Shown here in pieces: positions 55,599 to 64,000 of a DNA stretch of 64,000 nt. The position numbers and the translations under genes were made by a program. The number at the start of each line of letters is the position of its first letter. Position 1 is the first letter of the stretch. A model generated the notes under the pieces. That model worked only from the letters and a program-made list of their open reading frames with translations, searched no databases and was not told the origin of the DNA. This stretch comes from a virus (lineage: Duplodnaviria > Caudoviricetes), in the IMG/VR virus record IMGVR_UViG_3300037067_015211, positions 128,001 to 192,000 of that record; one strand, 5' to 3'.

Positions 55599-56393
55599 TT
55601 ACTTGATTGCTTTTTCTTTTTCCTTGGCGACTCTCGCATTTTCCGCGTCAGTTACTTTCTTTTCCACTTCTGTCAATGACGCAGAAATTGTCCTATCCTT
55701 CTTCCCATCATAGTATTCTACAAGATCATTATTTGAATCAATTCCAAGAATTTCAATTACCGAATTATCGACAACATATTTGCCGCCCTGTTTGAGAGAT
55801 GATGCTACACGATGAGCAACCTTTTTCTTGGGAGCAAGCGAAGAGCGGGACATAACTTCATTATAATCCGTGCCCATACGCATAGTCTCAAGTCGTTTAC
55901 CGAGATTGACCTTTCTGGCCGCTTCTCTCTCTTCAGAGTATTTTCTAAAACCATCACACTTTGCCTCTACCTCTTGCATGGGGCTTTCTATGATTTCTTC
56001 TTCTTCCTCTGTCTCTTCTACTTCGTCGCCCTCTTCCTTTTCCTCTTCGGCCACTTCTTCTGCCTCTTCCTCTTCATAGACAGTGCTTGTGGCATCAAAA
56101 GAAAAGTCCACATTAGCGTCCTCAAGGGCATCCTTAATGGCTTCTTTCGCCAATTCAAGATCATCGGCATTAGTTACTTTAAGAGAAATTTGAGAAACAC
56201 CTTCTTCGGGAGTCTCAACAGTTTCTTCTATCTCTTCGGCAACCGGGGCTTCGGCAGGAACTTCATCCACAGAAACTTCCTGTACTTCGCCGGGAACTTC
56301 TACTGTTTCCAGATTGTCTTCTTTAATTTCTTCCTGAGCAGTTTTCTTGGAAGCAGTTCTCTTCTGTTTCCAGCTTTCAAAACAATTAGCCAT
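55599..56393 (-). CDS. acidic low-complexity protein (possible internal head / scaffold-like)
   Basis: Glu-rich; AAGGAG RBS; N-terminus FESWKQKRTASKKTAQ. Confidence 0.6.
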   Translation of the reverse strand: MANCFESWKQKRTASKKTAQEEIKEDNLETVEVPGEVQEVSVDEVPAEAPVAEEIEETVETPEEGVSQISLKVTNADDLELAKEAIKDALEDANVDFSFDATSTVYEEEEAEEVAEEEKEEGDEVEETEEEEEIIESPMQEVEAKCDGFRKYSEEREAARKVNLGKRLETMRMGTDYNEVMSRSSLAPKKKVAHRVASSLKQGGKYVVDNSVIEILGIDSNNDLVEYYDGKKDRTISASLTEVEKKVTDAENARVAKEKEKAIK

Positions 56394-56404
56394 TATATCT
56401 CTCC

Positions 56405-56893
56405 TTAGTAGTAAAAGTTATAGACCTTGCAAAACCAAGGGATACGTGCCGTTCGTACAGCCTTATCCCGCCTAAATCCAAATTGTTTGCTCCCAGCCCA
56501 ACTGTGATACCATTTCCAGTCGTAGCCAGATATTGTTTGTTGCAAACTAGCGGTATCATTTAGCAAATAATTTATTACCGCGCTACTTGCAACCTCTAAC
56601 AATGCATCATCAACTTCTGGCTTTTTTGAAACAATCATAATATCAATATTAAAATTATATGTATCGTCTCTCGCGCCAGTAGCTATCGGTTCATGTCCCG
56701 TACCCGCATAGCTAACTTGCAATGATGCATTTGTGCCGGGGTTTAAAACAACATCCGATTTATCAAATCTGCCAAATCTGGTTTCGAAATTCGCATCGGC
56801 TAAAGCTTGGTCAAAAGATGACCTTCCAAATTCTAGGAAGGAAATCAATTGTTCCATGATTTTCTCTGTAATTGTGTTTCTATTTGCCGACAA
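56405..56893 (-). CDS. tail terminator / completion-like protein
   Basis: ~160 aa alpha/beta; position between neck and tube genes. Confidence 0.45.
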   Translation of the reverse strand: MSANRNTITEKIMEQLISFLEFGRSSFDQALADANFETRFGRFDKSDVVLNPGTNASLQVSYAGTGHEPIATGARDDTYNFNIDIMIVSKKPEVDDALLEVASSAVINYLLNDTASLQQTISGYDWKWYHSWAGSKQFGFRRDKAVRTARIPWFCKVYNFYY

Positions 56894-57009
56894 GTTTCAA
56901 CACCCTTCTTATAGATTTGAAAATCAGTTTTATTGTTTTTTTTCTTTCAAGTTTTAAAAGAACTTGTATATCGTCTAATTTTTCAAACTTTTTGCCGTCA
57001 GGAACAAAA

Positions 57010-57173
57010 TCATCCATTAACTCTGCTCATAGAACAATTAGGACATTCCGCATATGTCTGTGCATCAAATTCACAGCCACACTTACAACGGCGCAAATTT
57101 TTTTGCCCATAAACATTGTGCTTTTTATCCACCGCACAATTTACCACAGCGGCTATTCTACGTCTCATGGCCA
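57010..57173 (-). CDS. small Cys-rich protein
   Basis: CKCG...CPNC; start uncertain. Confidence 0.45.
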
Positions 57174-57211
57174 TGATTTTCGTTTCCTCTCCAACATTAA
57201 TATTAATAATA

Positions 57212-57629
57212 TTATTTTTTATACATTTTTGATGGTACTTTCCCATCTTTTATGCCCTGTATAGCTTTATCAAACAATGCGTCCTCTATTCCCTCAAGAA
57301 TCTTTGGATGTACCATACTCTTACCATTAGGGTACCACGGATATCCAGCTTCAGTTAACATATCTGATAATTTTTGTAATTTATTTGGTGTATATTTCCA
57401 CGCTTTACCATCCTTGCCAAAATACAATAAGTCACTTATTGCTACGGCCACATCATTAAACAATAATCCTTCTTTTTCAGTGGAATTCATAACACCACCA
57501 TAACCCATACCATATAATTCATCTTCACTTAAATTTAATAATTTTTTAATTTTTGTATTTTTTTCCTCTATATCATCATTTTGTTCTTGTCCAGATCGCT
57601 TTCTTTTCCAATCTTCAAATGTAGCCATG
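57212..57629 (-). CDS. hypothetical protein (start MATFEDWKRKR)
   Basis: AAGGAG RBS before ATG 57629. Confidence 0.65.
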
Positions 57630-57706
57630 ATTTTCTCCTTATTATTTTTTATATTCTTTATAAATAATAGCAATAACAATAGACATTATTTATTTTTTTT
57701 TATATG

Positions 57707-58174
57707 CTACGCTTGCCCCTGTGTGGTGTCCTGCTGTATTGTCCCCGGTACAGCACTTTGAATTATATTCGGATTACAAAATCTAGTTCTGGCCTTTTTC
57801 TGCTGCCCCGGCAAAGTAGTTGCACCTATGATTACATTTCTCAAAAGATTTTTGGCAATCGAATCCACTTGATTCGCATTTGCAATTACAACATCTTCTT
57901 TTTCGGTAAAATAATTTGCTATCATATCCGCCACACAAATTCTTGTGGCTATATAAGGGATAGGATATGGATATACCAGTTGGTCGTGCTGGTCCGTGAC
58001 CTTGTTTAGTGGAAGAATATAAACTGGTGCTAACATTGAGTTTATATAGTTATCCGCGTCGATGATAAACTTTAGTACATCATCTGCTGTGAGGTCAGAC
58101 TCTCGGGAAGTCCCAATATGCAATGATTTGAGCACCCTCTGAACTTCCGTTACACTTGTGTAATATTCAGCCAT
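57707..58174 (-). CDS. head-tail connector (Mu gp36/DUF1320-like)
   Basis: YTSVTEV...IIDADNYINSML...Y.LPL...IATRICV...AKNLLRNV..G...L. Confidence 0.75.
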   Translation of the reverse strand: MAEYYTSVTEVQRVLKSLHIGTSRESDLTADDVLKFIIDADNYINSMLAPVYILPLNKVTDQHDQLVYPYPIPYIATRICVADMIANYFTEKEDVVIANANQVDSIAKNLLRNVIIGATTLPGQQKKARTRFCNPNIIQSAVPGTIQQDTTQGQA

Positions 58175-58875
58175 TAAATGTACCTTCCGACAAATTTAAG
58201 GTCTCCAACCGTGGCAGGAATTCTTGTTGTAGAAATATTGTAATCCATAATGATCCGCGCTTTGAGATTCCCCCTACGCTTCCGCATAATATCTCTTAGA
58301 GAGATATAATCCGCATACGCCTGAGAATACGCACTCTGAATGCTCTGTTGCATCGTCAAAGTGCCGTCACCAAAAATATATCTGTTCTTCCAAATTATTT
58401 GATCCAGTACCAATTTTCTTAGCATTTTCACGTATGTACCGAGAGAAAGCAAATAATCCATTTCAGTCGGCATATCCGCCAGTGCATATTGATTTGCAGA
58501 TTTGATTGCATTTAGCTCTGCATTTGTTTGGTTGATGTACGCGGTTATAGCGGCATTGGTAAAATATCGGAAAGAATATCTGCCCATAACCACGTCTGCA
58601 AATGTAAGTGTTTTCCACCCCGGATTAAATGTTACAATGCCTTCTGTTCCATCAACCACATAATTAGTATCGGCAATTTGCGCTTGGCCAGCCGATCCTT
58701 CTAGCTTGAATGACATAAGGGGATAATCGCTTAGCCAATTTTTAAATTCGAAATATACCCTATTGTTGGGGATTAAAACGCCCCGCTCGTCAAATACTTG
58801 CAGATGTTGGAATTCGTAGATATCCCACTGAAGCATGTCGTTGTAGATATCAGAATATCTGCCTTCTAGTGCCAT
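58174..58875 (-). CDS. neck / head-completion-like protein
   Basis: YVVDGTEGIVTF...YSFRYFT helical C-terminus; TAATG-coupled to the connector. Confidence 0.5.
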   Translation of the reverse strand: MALEGRYSDIYNDMLQWDIYEFQHLQVFDERGVLIPNNRVYFEFKNWLSDYPLMSFKLEGSAGQAQIADTNYVVDGTEGIVTFNPGWKTLTFADVVMGRYSFRYFTNAAITAYINQTNAELNAIKSANQYALADMPTEMDYLLSLGTYVKMLRKLVLDQIIWKNRYIFGDGTLTMQQSIQSAYSQAYADYISLRDIMRKRRGNLKARIIMDYNISTTRIPATVGDLKFVGRYI

Positions 58876-58920
58876 ATTTTTTCCTCTGTTATTTATAATA
58901 GGAAAAAAGTATATCTTTAC

Positions 58921-60795
58921 CTATTCGTCAAATATGTCTTGTATTCCGTTATACCATCCAGAATCATGTGAATCTTCTGGATCATAACTACCATTATCGC
59001 CCCAATTATTTGTAATACCCGAATACCATCCTCCAGAATGATCTGTAGTTTCTCCACTGGCTGGGATTCTTGAAACCACGATTGTTTCTGATACTACTGC
59101 ATCGGAATAACTATCACCCACTTTTGAAGCCGCAAAGAATGTATAATGTTTTCCTCGTTCAAGTCCACTTGAAGCAATAATGCCGTCTCCATCTCTCGAT
59201 CCAGCGGGATTGTAATTATTTATAGTGCTAGACTCATTTCTGATGTGCAAATAATTTGTTGCCCCGGGATAGGTGTCGGAGAATGTGGTTGTATTTGTTG
59301 TTTGGTTTAATGCTATGGTTATTATAGGTGGAGAAACTTGGATTGTGGTGCCGATGAATTCTCCCGTATATTCCTCATTATAGCCATATTTGACATTCAA
59401 TTGAGTTTGGGCTATTGTGGGGACTACAAATTTTCCTTCACTGTTACCATCATTGTAAATAACGCCAGATACCACTCTGGATATAGACGGTTGTGTAGGC
59501 GGTACATATGTTCCTGCACTTACTCCAGAAAGAACTGAAGCGAGAGAGACTAACCCCTGTACTCCGCTTGTAGTATCGTTGGCAAGCGTGTTAATTGGCT
59601 CTGAGTAATCGGGGATAAATGTTCCTACCCCCACACCAGACAATAAGGCAGATGGGGGAAGCAGACCAGTTACACCACTAGAAGTATCAATGTTCAAAAG
59701 ATTTGCCGGATCCGCGTAGTCGGGAATTAAGGTTCCCGCGCTTATGCCTGATAGTACAGATGAAAGAGAAATTAACCCTTGTACACCACTTGTGGTATCA
59801 TTTGCCAGCGTATTGATTGGCTCAGAATAATCAAGCACTAAAGTTCCATAGGAAATTCCAGACAATACGGCTGAATTTGGAATTGCTCCGCTATATTGAA
59901 TACTATTAAAATAATAATTTTTATTTTCAATTACATTTAAAAAAATTGGATCTGAAAAATAATCGCCCTCGAAACACCCGATACTCGGGGTTGTCTCATG
60001 TCGCGCTTGCCCAAAAATGTCAGTCGCGATCCCCACAATCGGCGTACCGGCGTGATACAGTTCGGACGTATTCAATATTCCCATCGGCAACGACAATACG
60101 CCGATATATTTCCCAGTCGTCAACTCCTTGCTCGTGAGATTGTTTCCGCCCGCCGCCGTTGCGCCGCTCGTGGCGTTGTATCCGCTCGAAGCGTTCAGCG
60201 TTCCCGTAATCGCGCCAAACGGATCGGAGCCGCCGATACAATCGCAATTCTGAATCAGCACGTCATCGATATTCGTGCCGATAACTAATGTAAAATGTTC
60301 GGCGTCGAAGTTTTTGAACGTACAATTTTGGACAATCAGGTTTCCGCCCGATCCTTGCGTGGCGCGAATTCCGTAATCGTACCCATTCAAAAAAAGGCAG
60401 TTTCGGAAAGTTACGGTCCCGGTTCTCGTGTAGTTTCCAAATGCTATCTGCGTTCCTTGTAGCAAATCCAGTATGCAACGGTCAAAAACTACATTTCCGC
60501 CTGTCTGGTTTAGTGCAATGCCGGAGCGCGCAAGGTTTATTTTTGAAAAGGTGAGCGTCTCAGTAATTGATCCACCGTTCCCGATAATCAGATTGCCATT
60601 TCTCGTGGTGCCTATACGAATATCATCGTATTGCCCGACAATATTTAGCCCTTTTGTAACGGTTGTATTTCCCTCGGCGAAAGCCGCATCTCCGGCATTG
60701 CGATACCATTCAATTGTATCGCCATCGCTTGCTGCTGAGTTAGCCGTAGCAAACGTAGAATATGTCTTTCCGTCACCTAGCGTAAGCGTAGCCAT
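58921..60795 (-). CDS. virion protein with a pectin-lyase-like beta-helix and 37-aa repeats
   Basis: GDGKTYST..A...A..GDTI, FDRCI/FRNCLF/VQNCTF/IQNC rungs, PSIGCFE; DYSEPINTLANDTTSGVQG repeats. Confidence 0.7.
   Translation of the reverse strand: MATLTLGDGKTYSTFATANSAASDGDTIEWYRNAGDAAFAEGNTTVTKGLNIVGQYDDIRIGTTRNGNLIIGNGGSITETLTFSKINLARSGIALNQTGGNVVFDRCILDLLQGTQIAFGNYTRTGTVTFRNCLFLNGYDYGIRATQGSGGNLIVQNCTFKNFDAEHFTLVIGTNIDDVLIQNCDCIGGSDPFGAITGTLNASSGYNATSGATAAGGNNLTSKELTTGKYIGVLSLPMGILNTSELYHAGTPIVGIATDIFGQARHETTPSIGCFEGDYFSDPIFLNVIENKNYYFNSIQYSGAIPNSAVLSGISYGTLVLDYSEPINTLANDTTSGVQGLISLSSVLSGISAGTLIPDYADPANLLNIDTSSGVTGLLPPSALLSGVGVGTFIPDYSEPINTLANDTTSGVQGLVSLASVLSGVSAGTYVPPTQPSISRVVSGVIYNDGNSEGKFVVPTIAQTQLNVKYGYNEEYTGEFIGTTIQVSPPIITIALNQTTNTTTFSDTYPGATNYLHIRNESSTINNYNPAGSRDGDGIIASSGLERGKHYTFFAASKVGDSYSDAVVSETIVVSRIPASGETTDHSGGWYSGITNNWGDNGSYDPEDSHDSGWYNGIQDIFDE
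59500..59860 (-). repeat. three ~111-nt (37-aa) coding repeats
   Basis: DYSEPINTLANDTTSGVQGL..SVLSG.SAGT units; coordinates approximate. Confidence 0.8.
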
Positions 60796-60992
60796 TAGAC
60801 GGCCTCCACGTTGCCATCGACAAGTTGCAACGAGACACCATTAACTACTATAGGATCATCACCAAAATAAATATCGCGAACCAATTCGAACCTAGCATCG
60901 GGGATTGTACCATCCTCGCCTGGTCCCCATTGCCAGCCGGTTTTTTTTGCAAGAAGGAATTTATTTTCAAAAAATAAAACATCAAATTTCAT
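60795..60992 (-). CDS. small hypothetical protein
   Basis: 65 aa, TAATG-coupled to the beta-helix gene. Confidence 0.6.
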   Translation of the reverse strand: MKFDVLFFENKFLLAKKTGWQWGPGEDGTIPDARFELVRDIYFGDDPIVVNGVSLQLVDGNVEAV

Positions 60993-61003
60993 GCTTTTCC
61001 TAT

Positions 61004-61046
61004 CAATAAATATGGCGTCAATATTATAGTGATATTGACGCCATAT
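61004..61046 (-). terminator. 15-bp-stem hairpin, probable terminator
   Basis: ATATGGCGTCAATAT (61010-61024) / ATATTGACGCCATAT (61032-61046), followed by TTATTG on the minus strand. Confidence 0.7.
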
Positions 61047-61066
61047 AGTCTCCTAGAAAATAGCAA

Positions 61067-61411
61067 TTACGAATTCTTGGTAAATGTAACCGATCCACTG
61101 GAAACCGCCCAGCTTGTTACGTCATTGTATACCACATCCTTGAACTTGTTGATCCATGCATCCGTCATCGTAGCACGAGCCGGAATAGCATCCGTCTTTG
61201 TCGCACTTGTATACGAGGTTTCTGTAAAGGTAAAAGCCGTTCCAGCATCAGCATTGGACACAATGTACTTCAAACATTTTGTGAGTCTGGGCATCTTGTT
61301 GAAAAATGCCGTAATGGTAATAGCCGTATAGCCCTTCCATTTGCGTCCAGTAATTTCCGCGTCATGAACTTTGTAAAGGTCGTCTGAAAAATCGAGTGTA
61401 AGAGTTGCCAT
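61067..61411 (-). CDS. hypothetical (probable virion) protein
   Basis: 114 aa Thr-rich, AGGAG RBS. Confidence 0.7.
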   Translation of the reverse strand: MATLTLDFSDDLYKVHDAEITGRKWKGYTAITITAFFNKMPRLTKCLKYIVSNADAGTAFTFTETSYTSATKTDAIPARATMTDAWINKFKDVVYNDVTSWAVSSGSVTFTKNS

Positions 61412-61414
61412 TTT

Positions 61415-62368
61415 CTATCTCCTAAAATTTTTCTTTTTGTATGCTCTACTAAACTTAAAGTCTTTTAATCCCTGCTTATGATCTTCAAAAAATTCTGATG
61501 TGGCATTTACGCCACTCATATAAAGCAGTTCCTTTTCCTGCTTCGTAATGCCAAAATTTGTAGAACTAATATTAAACGTATCTATTACAACTATCCTATT
61601 TTTCCAATCTTCCGGTTCTATGTACAAATAATCTGCACCGCCGGAAATAAAATCTATAAGCCCACATATATAATCATAGGGTCCGGTGACTTCTTTATAT
61701 TTTTTATTTTTATCCAAATCTCGTAAAATAAATCCAACTGTTTTTATGCCACTATTTTTGAAGAGATAGATGGGCAACATACAGGACATTCCACCATCTA
61801 CAAAATAAACCTTGCGGCCTAAACTATCCTTGATATTATATTGTTTGAAAAAGAATGGGATTGACATAGATGCCCTAATTGCATCTGCCACTGGAAATTT
61901 ATCTGCATCAAGGCCATACATGTCTTCAAGATCGTCGGGCAATACAACTCCATGTGAATTAGACAAATCAGACGCTATTACATGTAATTTGTAACCATCC
62001 TTTGTTTTTAAGTCTCCGAATGTCGTAATTCCCTTATCCTGCAATAGTTTAGCAATCCATTCCCTAAAAAATTTACCCTTATAAAGCCCATCTTCCCACA
62101 ATGCCGTAATTAGACTGCCAATAAATGGTATATTGTTAGTCCACCATTTATCACAAAATTTATTGTAATCAGTATCTTCAAGGATTTGCTTACATTCGTA
62201 AGCCGTATACCCAGCGGCCACCAGAGCCGCCATAATGGCCCCTGCGCTCGTTCCAGCAGTTTGGTTGACCAAATACCCTTCTGTCTCACAAACTGAAATA
62301 GCACCCGTATACGCGCTTCCTCGAACGCCGCCACCCTGAAATACCATATTTAGTAATTTTTTAGCCAT
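61415..62368 (-). CDS. patatin-like phospholipase
   Basis: GGGVRG, GTSAG (catalytic Ser), ASMSIPFFF, DGG (catalytic Asp). Confidence 0.95.
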   Translation of the reverse strand: MAKKLLNMVFQGGGVRGSAYTGAISVCETEGYLVNQTAGTSAGAIMAALVAAGYTAYECKQILEDTDYNKFCDKWWTNNIPFIGSLITALWEDGLYKGKFFREWIAKLLQDKGITTFGDLKTKDGYKLHVIASDLSNSHGVVLPDDLEDMYGLDADKFPVADAIRASMSIPFFFKQYNIKDSLGRKVYFVDGGMSCMLPIYLFKNSGIKTVGFILRDLDKNKKYKEVTGPYDYICGLIDFISGGADYLYIEPEDWKNRIVVIDTFNISSTNFGITKQEKELLYMSGVNATSEFFEDHKQGLKDFKFSRAYKKKNFRR

Positions 62369-62375
62369 TTTGTTT

Positions 62376-62837
62376 CTACTTTAATAGTTTAGTTATGATT
62401 TCTTTGGCAAATTGATAAATTTTGTCAGACATCATAAAACTAACCAAAAGAGAAACTATTAGAAATATTCTCCAAATTATTGCAAAAATATTGTCTTTAA
62501 TTCTTTTTAACAATCCCCAAGTATGTTCGTTGTTTAAGTGATATATATTGTGTTCTTTTTTGAAAGAGCAGTTTTCATCATGCTCATCTACCATCTTTTT
62601 TACACGATCACCCAATAGATTGGCCACTTCTTCCCGAAATGTTATCCTGTCACAAATTTCGACAACCAATGCTTTAATAAAATCAGAATCGCTAGGCATT
62701 TTTCTTGTGTATTCGGAAAACAATGATTTGATTCCATCTCTGGTTAGTCTTTCATCCCTAAGAATTTTATTAATTCTATTTTCGATTTCCAAATCAATGT
62801 ATTTTTTTGTTTCATCGCTTAGATTTCCATTCGACAT
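62376..62837 (-). CDS. protein with a single C-terminal TM helix (holin-like, tentative)
   Basis: IFAIIWRIFLIVSLLVSFMM near the C-terminus. Confidence 0.55.
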   Translation of the reverse strand: MSNGNLSDETKKYIDLEIENRINKILRDERLTRDGIKSLFSEYTRKMPSDSDFIKALVVEICDRITFREEVANLLGDRVKKMVDEHDENCSFKKEHNIYHLNNEHTWGLLKRIKDNIFAIIWRIFLIVSLLVSFMMSDKIYQFAKEIITKLLK

Positions 62838-63259
62838 TTTTTCTCGCTTTTTCTTGTTTGGAGCAAGCTGACAACCATGTCTAATTTGAAGCCTCGTTTC
62901 AACGCATCTGATGATAGCTTTTTAACTCGATTTTCTATATTTTTTGCAAAATTATTTAAATCCTTAAATGGTTTTGATATACATATTTCGCTATCCTCTT
63001 TTTCTTCATTTGACATTAGGAGAATAATTGCATTTGGGTTTATTTTTTCTACCCCGTAAATAATTTTAAGGGCATTGCCATTTAATGTATCAAAATCCAA
63101 CAAAACAATATCTTCTACGGTTTCTTCATATGTTTTAAGAAAGGCATCGGCATCGTCATATGTCGATACATCTACATTTGCGCTTTCATCGTAAAAAAAA
63201 TGTCTCACCGTTTCTTGTATCGCTCTATTATTGTCTACGACTGCCAATTGCCTTAACAT
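62819..63259 (-). CDS. single-domain response-regulator receiver
   Basis: AVVDNN, DIVLLD (phospho-Asp), IILLMS, SKPF. Confidence 0.85.
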   Translation of the reverse strand: MLRQLAVVDNNRAIQETVRHFFYDESANVDVSTYDDADAFLKTYEETVEDIVLLDFDTLNGNALKIIYGVEKINPNAIILLMSNEEKEDSEICISKPFKDLNNFAKNIENRVKKLSSDALKRGFKLDMVVSLLQTRKSEKKCRMEI

Positions 63260-63271
63260 ACTATATCTCCA

Positions 63272-63676
63272 TTAAGAAAAAATTGGACCGGGTAAATAGT
63301 TGTCTGCCGCCGCTTGATTAGTATCTAGTTGTTCTTGTGGAGAAAATTCGATATAATCTTTAAGTCCTTTAAGAATCTTGGGCTGTTCTGGGTCTGGATT
63401 GGAAATACCGTTTACCCACTGTATAAGATTTTCGTAGGAACGTTTATCGAGTGCCCCACGAATTTCGGCGGCTAAAAATGCAGGGACGGCAGTAGATGCG
63501 GCACACTGTAAAAAAATACCTGTCTTTAACCACTCGCGAAAATTATCCCAGTTCAAGGAATCGTGAAACATTTGCTCAAACTCTTGGCGAGTCCATCCTA
63601 ACGAGGCCAATACGGCCGGATCAGGATTTGCATCATCAATTTCTATCGGTCCATTTGGTGTATATACTGTGGTCAT
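63272..63676 (-). CDS. hypothetical protein (possible fibre-assembly type)
   Basis: 134 aa, TAATG-coupled. Confidence 0.6.
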   Translation of the reverse strand: MTTVYTPNGPIEIDDANPDPAVLASLGWTRQEFEQMFHDSLNWDNFREWLKTGIFLQCAASTAVPAFLAAEIRGALDKRSYENLIQWVNGISNPDPEQPKILKGLKDYIEFSPQEQLDTNQAAADNYLPGPIFS

Positions 63677-63999
63677 TATGCTGTCCTTTCAAAAGATATC
63701 ATTTCGAAATATGTCGCATATCCCGTTCCCGTTTTTGTATCACACAGTAAAGTTACTGTATGTGAACCAGCCGATATTTCGATATTTGCGGTGCTAAAAT
63801 CTGGAAGATAAGTGGCGGCTATATTCGTATCATATCCACTATCGTTAACAGTGACTCCGTCGATCTGAATTTTCAAAATCCCACGGTTTGCGGCAGTAAT
63901 ACAAAATGCTCGTAATGTATAAGTACCTTTTGCAAAATAAAAATTCCACGAATGGTTGTCCCCACTATCAGCAGAACTTTGCCCATATCCACTATTCAG
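63676..63999 (-). CDS. C-terminal part of a protein with a CBM6/35-like jelly-roll (begins beyond the window)
   Basis: Open frame to the edge: ...FAKGTYTLR...RGILKIQIDG...ISAGSHTVTL. Confidence 0.65.
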   Translation of the reverse strand: MNSGYGQSSADSGDNHSWNFYFAKGTYTLRAFCITAANRGILKIQIDGVTVNDSGYDTNIAATYLPDFSTANIEISAGSHTVTLLCDTKTGTGYATYFEMISFERTA

Positions 64000-64000
64000 A

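Noticed and set aside
58889-58897. TATAAATA (T4-type late promoter) upstream of 58875
   Set aside because: Single instance in AT-rich DNA; not seen before other late genes
61415-62368. CBASS operon
   Set aside because: No CD-NTase or Cap2/Cap3 neighbours
1-64000. Many plus-strand ORFs in the track antisense to long minus-strand genes (e.g. 819-1358, 6061-6969, 55812-56408)
   Set aside because: Shadow frames of real genes: Ser/Phe-rich, no RBS, no motifs
1-64000. Stop-codon reassignment; tRNA or rRNA genes
   Set aside because: Genes are full length in code 11 and end in TAA, TAG and TGA; intergenic gaps are short and I saw no cloverleaf

Overview
A 64 kb, AT-rich, very gene-dense segment of a large dsDNA tailed phage (or prophage), read in standard code 11 and almost entirely on the minus strand. 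The left half (1-25.4 kb) is a self-sufficient replication, recombination and nucleotide module: SbcC (partial), a two-gene SbcD/Mre11, HigA-like HTH, RecA/UvsX, SSB with Zn ribbons and a DIPF tail, UvsY-like, YhaM-like HD nuclease, DnaE, beta clamp, primase, three DNA methyltransferases, dUTPase, DnaB, a degenerate DnaC-like loader, a wHTH initiator-like protein and a palindrome-rich putative origin. 25.4-29.8 kb is a cluster of small early-type genes interrupted by an IS607-family element (tnpA + tnpB), followed by a divergent SF2 helicase. The right half (31.9-64 kb) is a tail and neck morphogenesis region without a sheath gene: tail-tip and fibre paralogs, tape measure, a frameshifted tail chaperone, two tail-tube paralogs and head-tail connectors, ending in a receiver-domain / membrane protein / patatin trio. 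The most unusual signals are: (i) three copies, in two genes, of a stand-alone domain resembling the major-capsid A-domain among replication genes; (ii) tail paralogs sharing a C-terminal scaffold into which Kelch or LamG domains are inserted; (iii) Ser-Gly-[ILV] enrichment across virion proteins; (iv) the REC-TM-patatin cassette; (v) a catalytically dead QueD-like protein. All family assignments come from motif recognition by eye; no searches were run.
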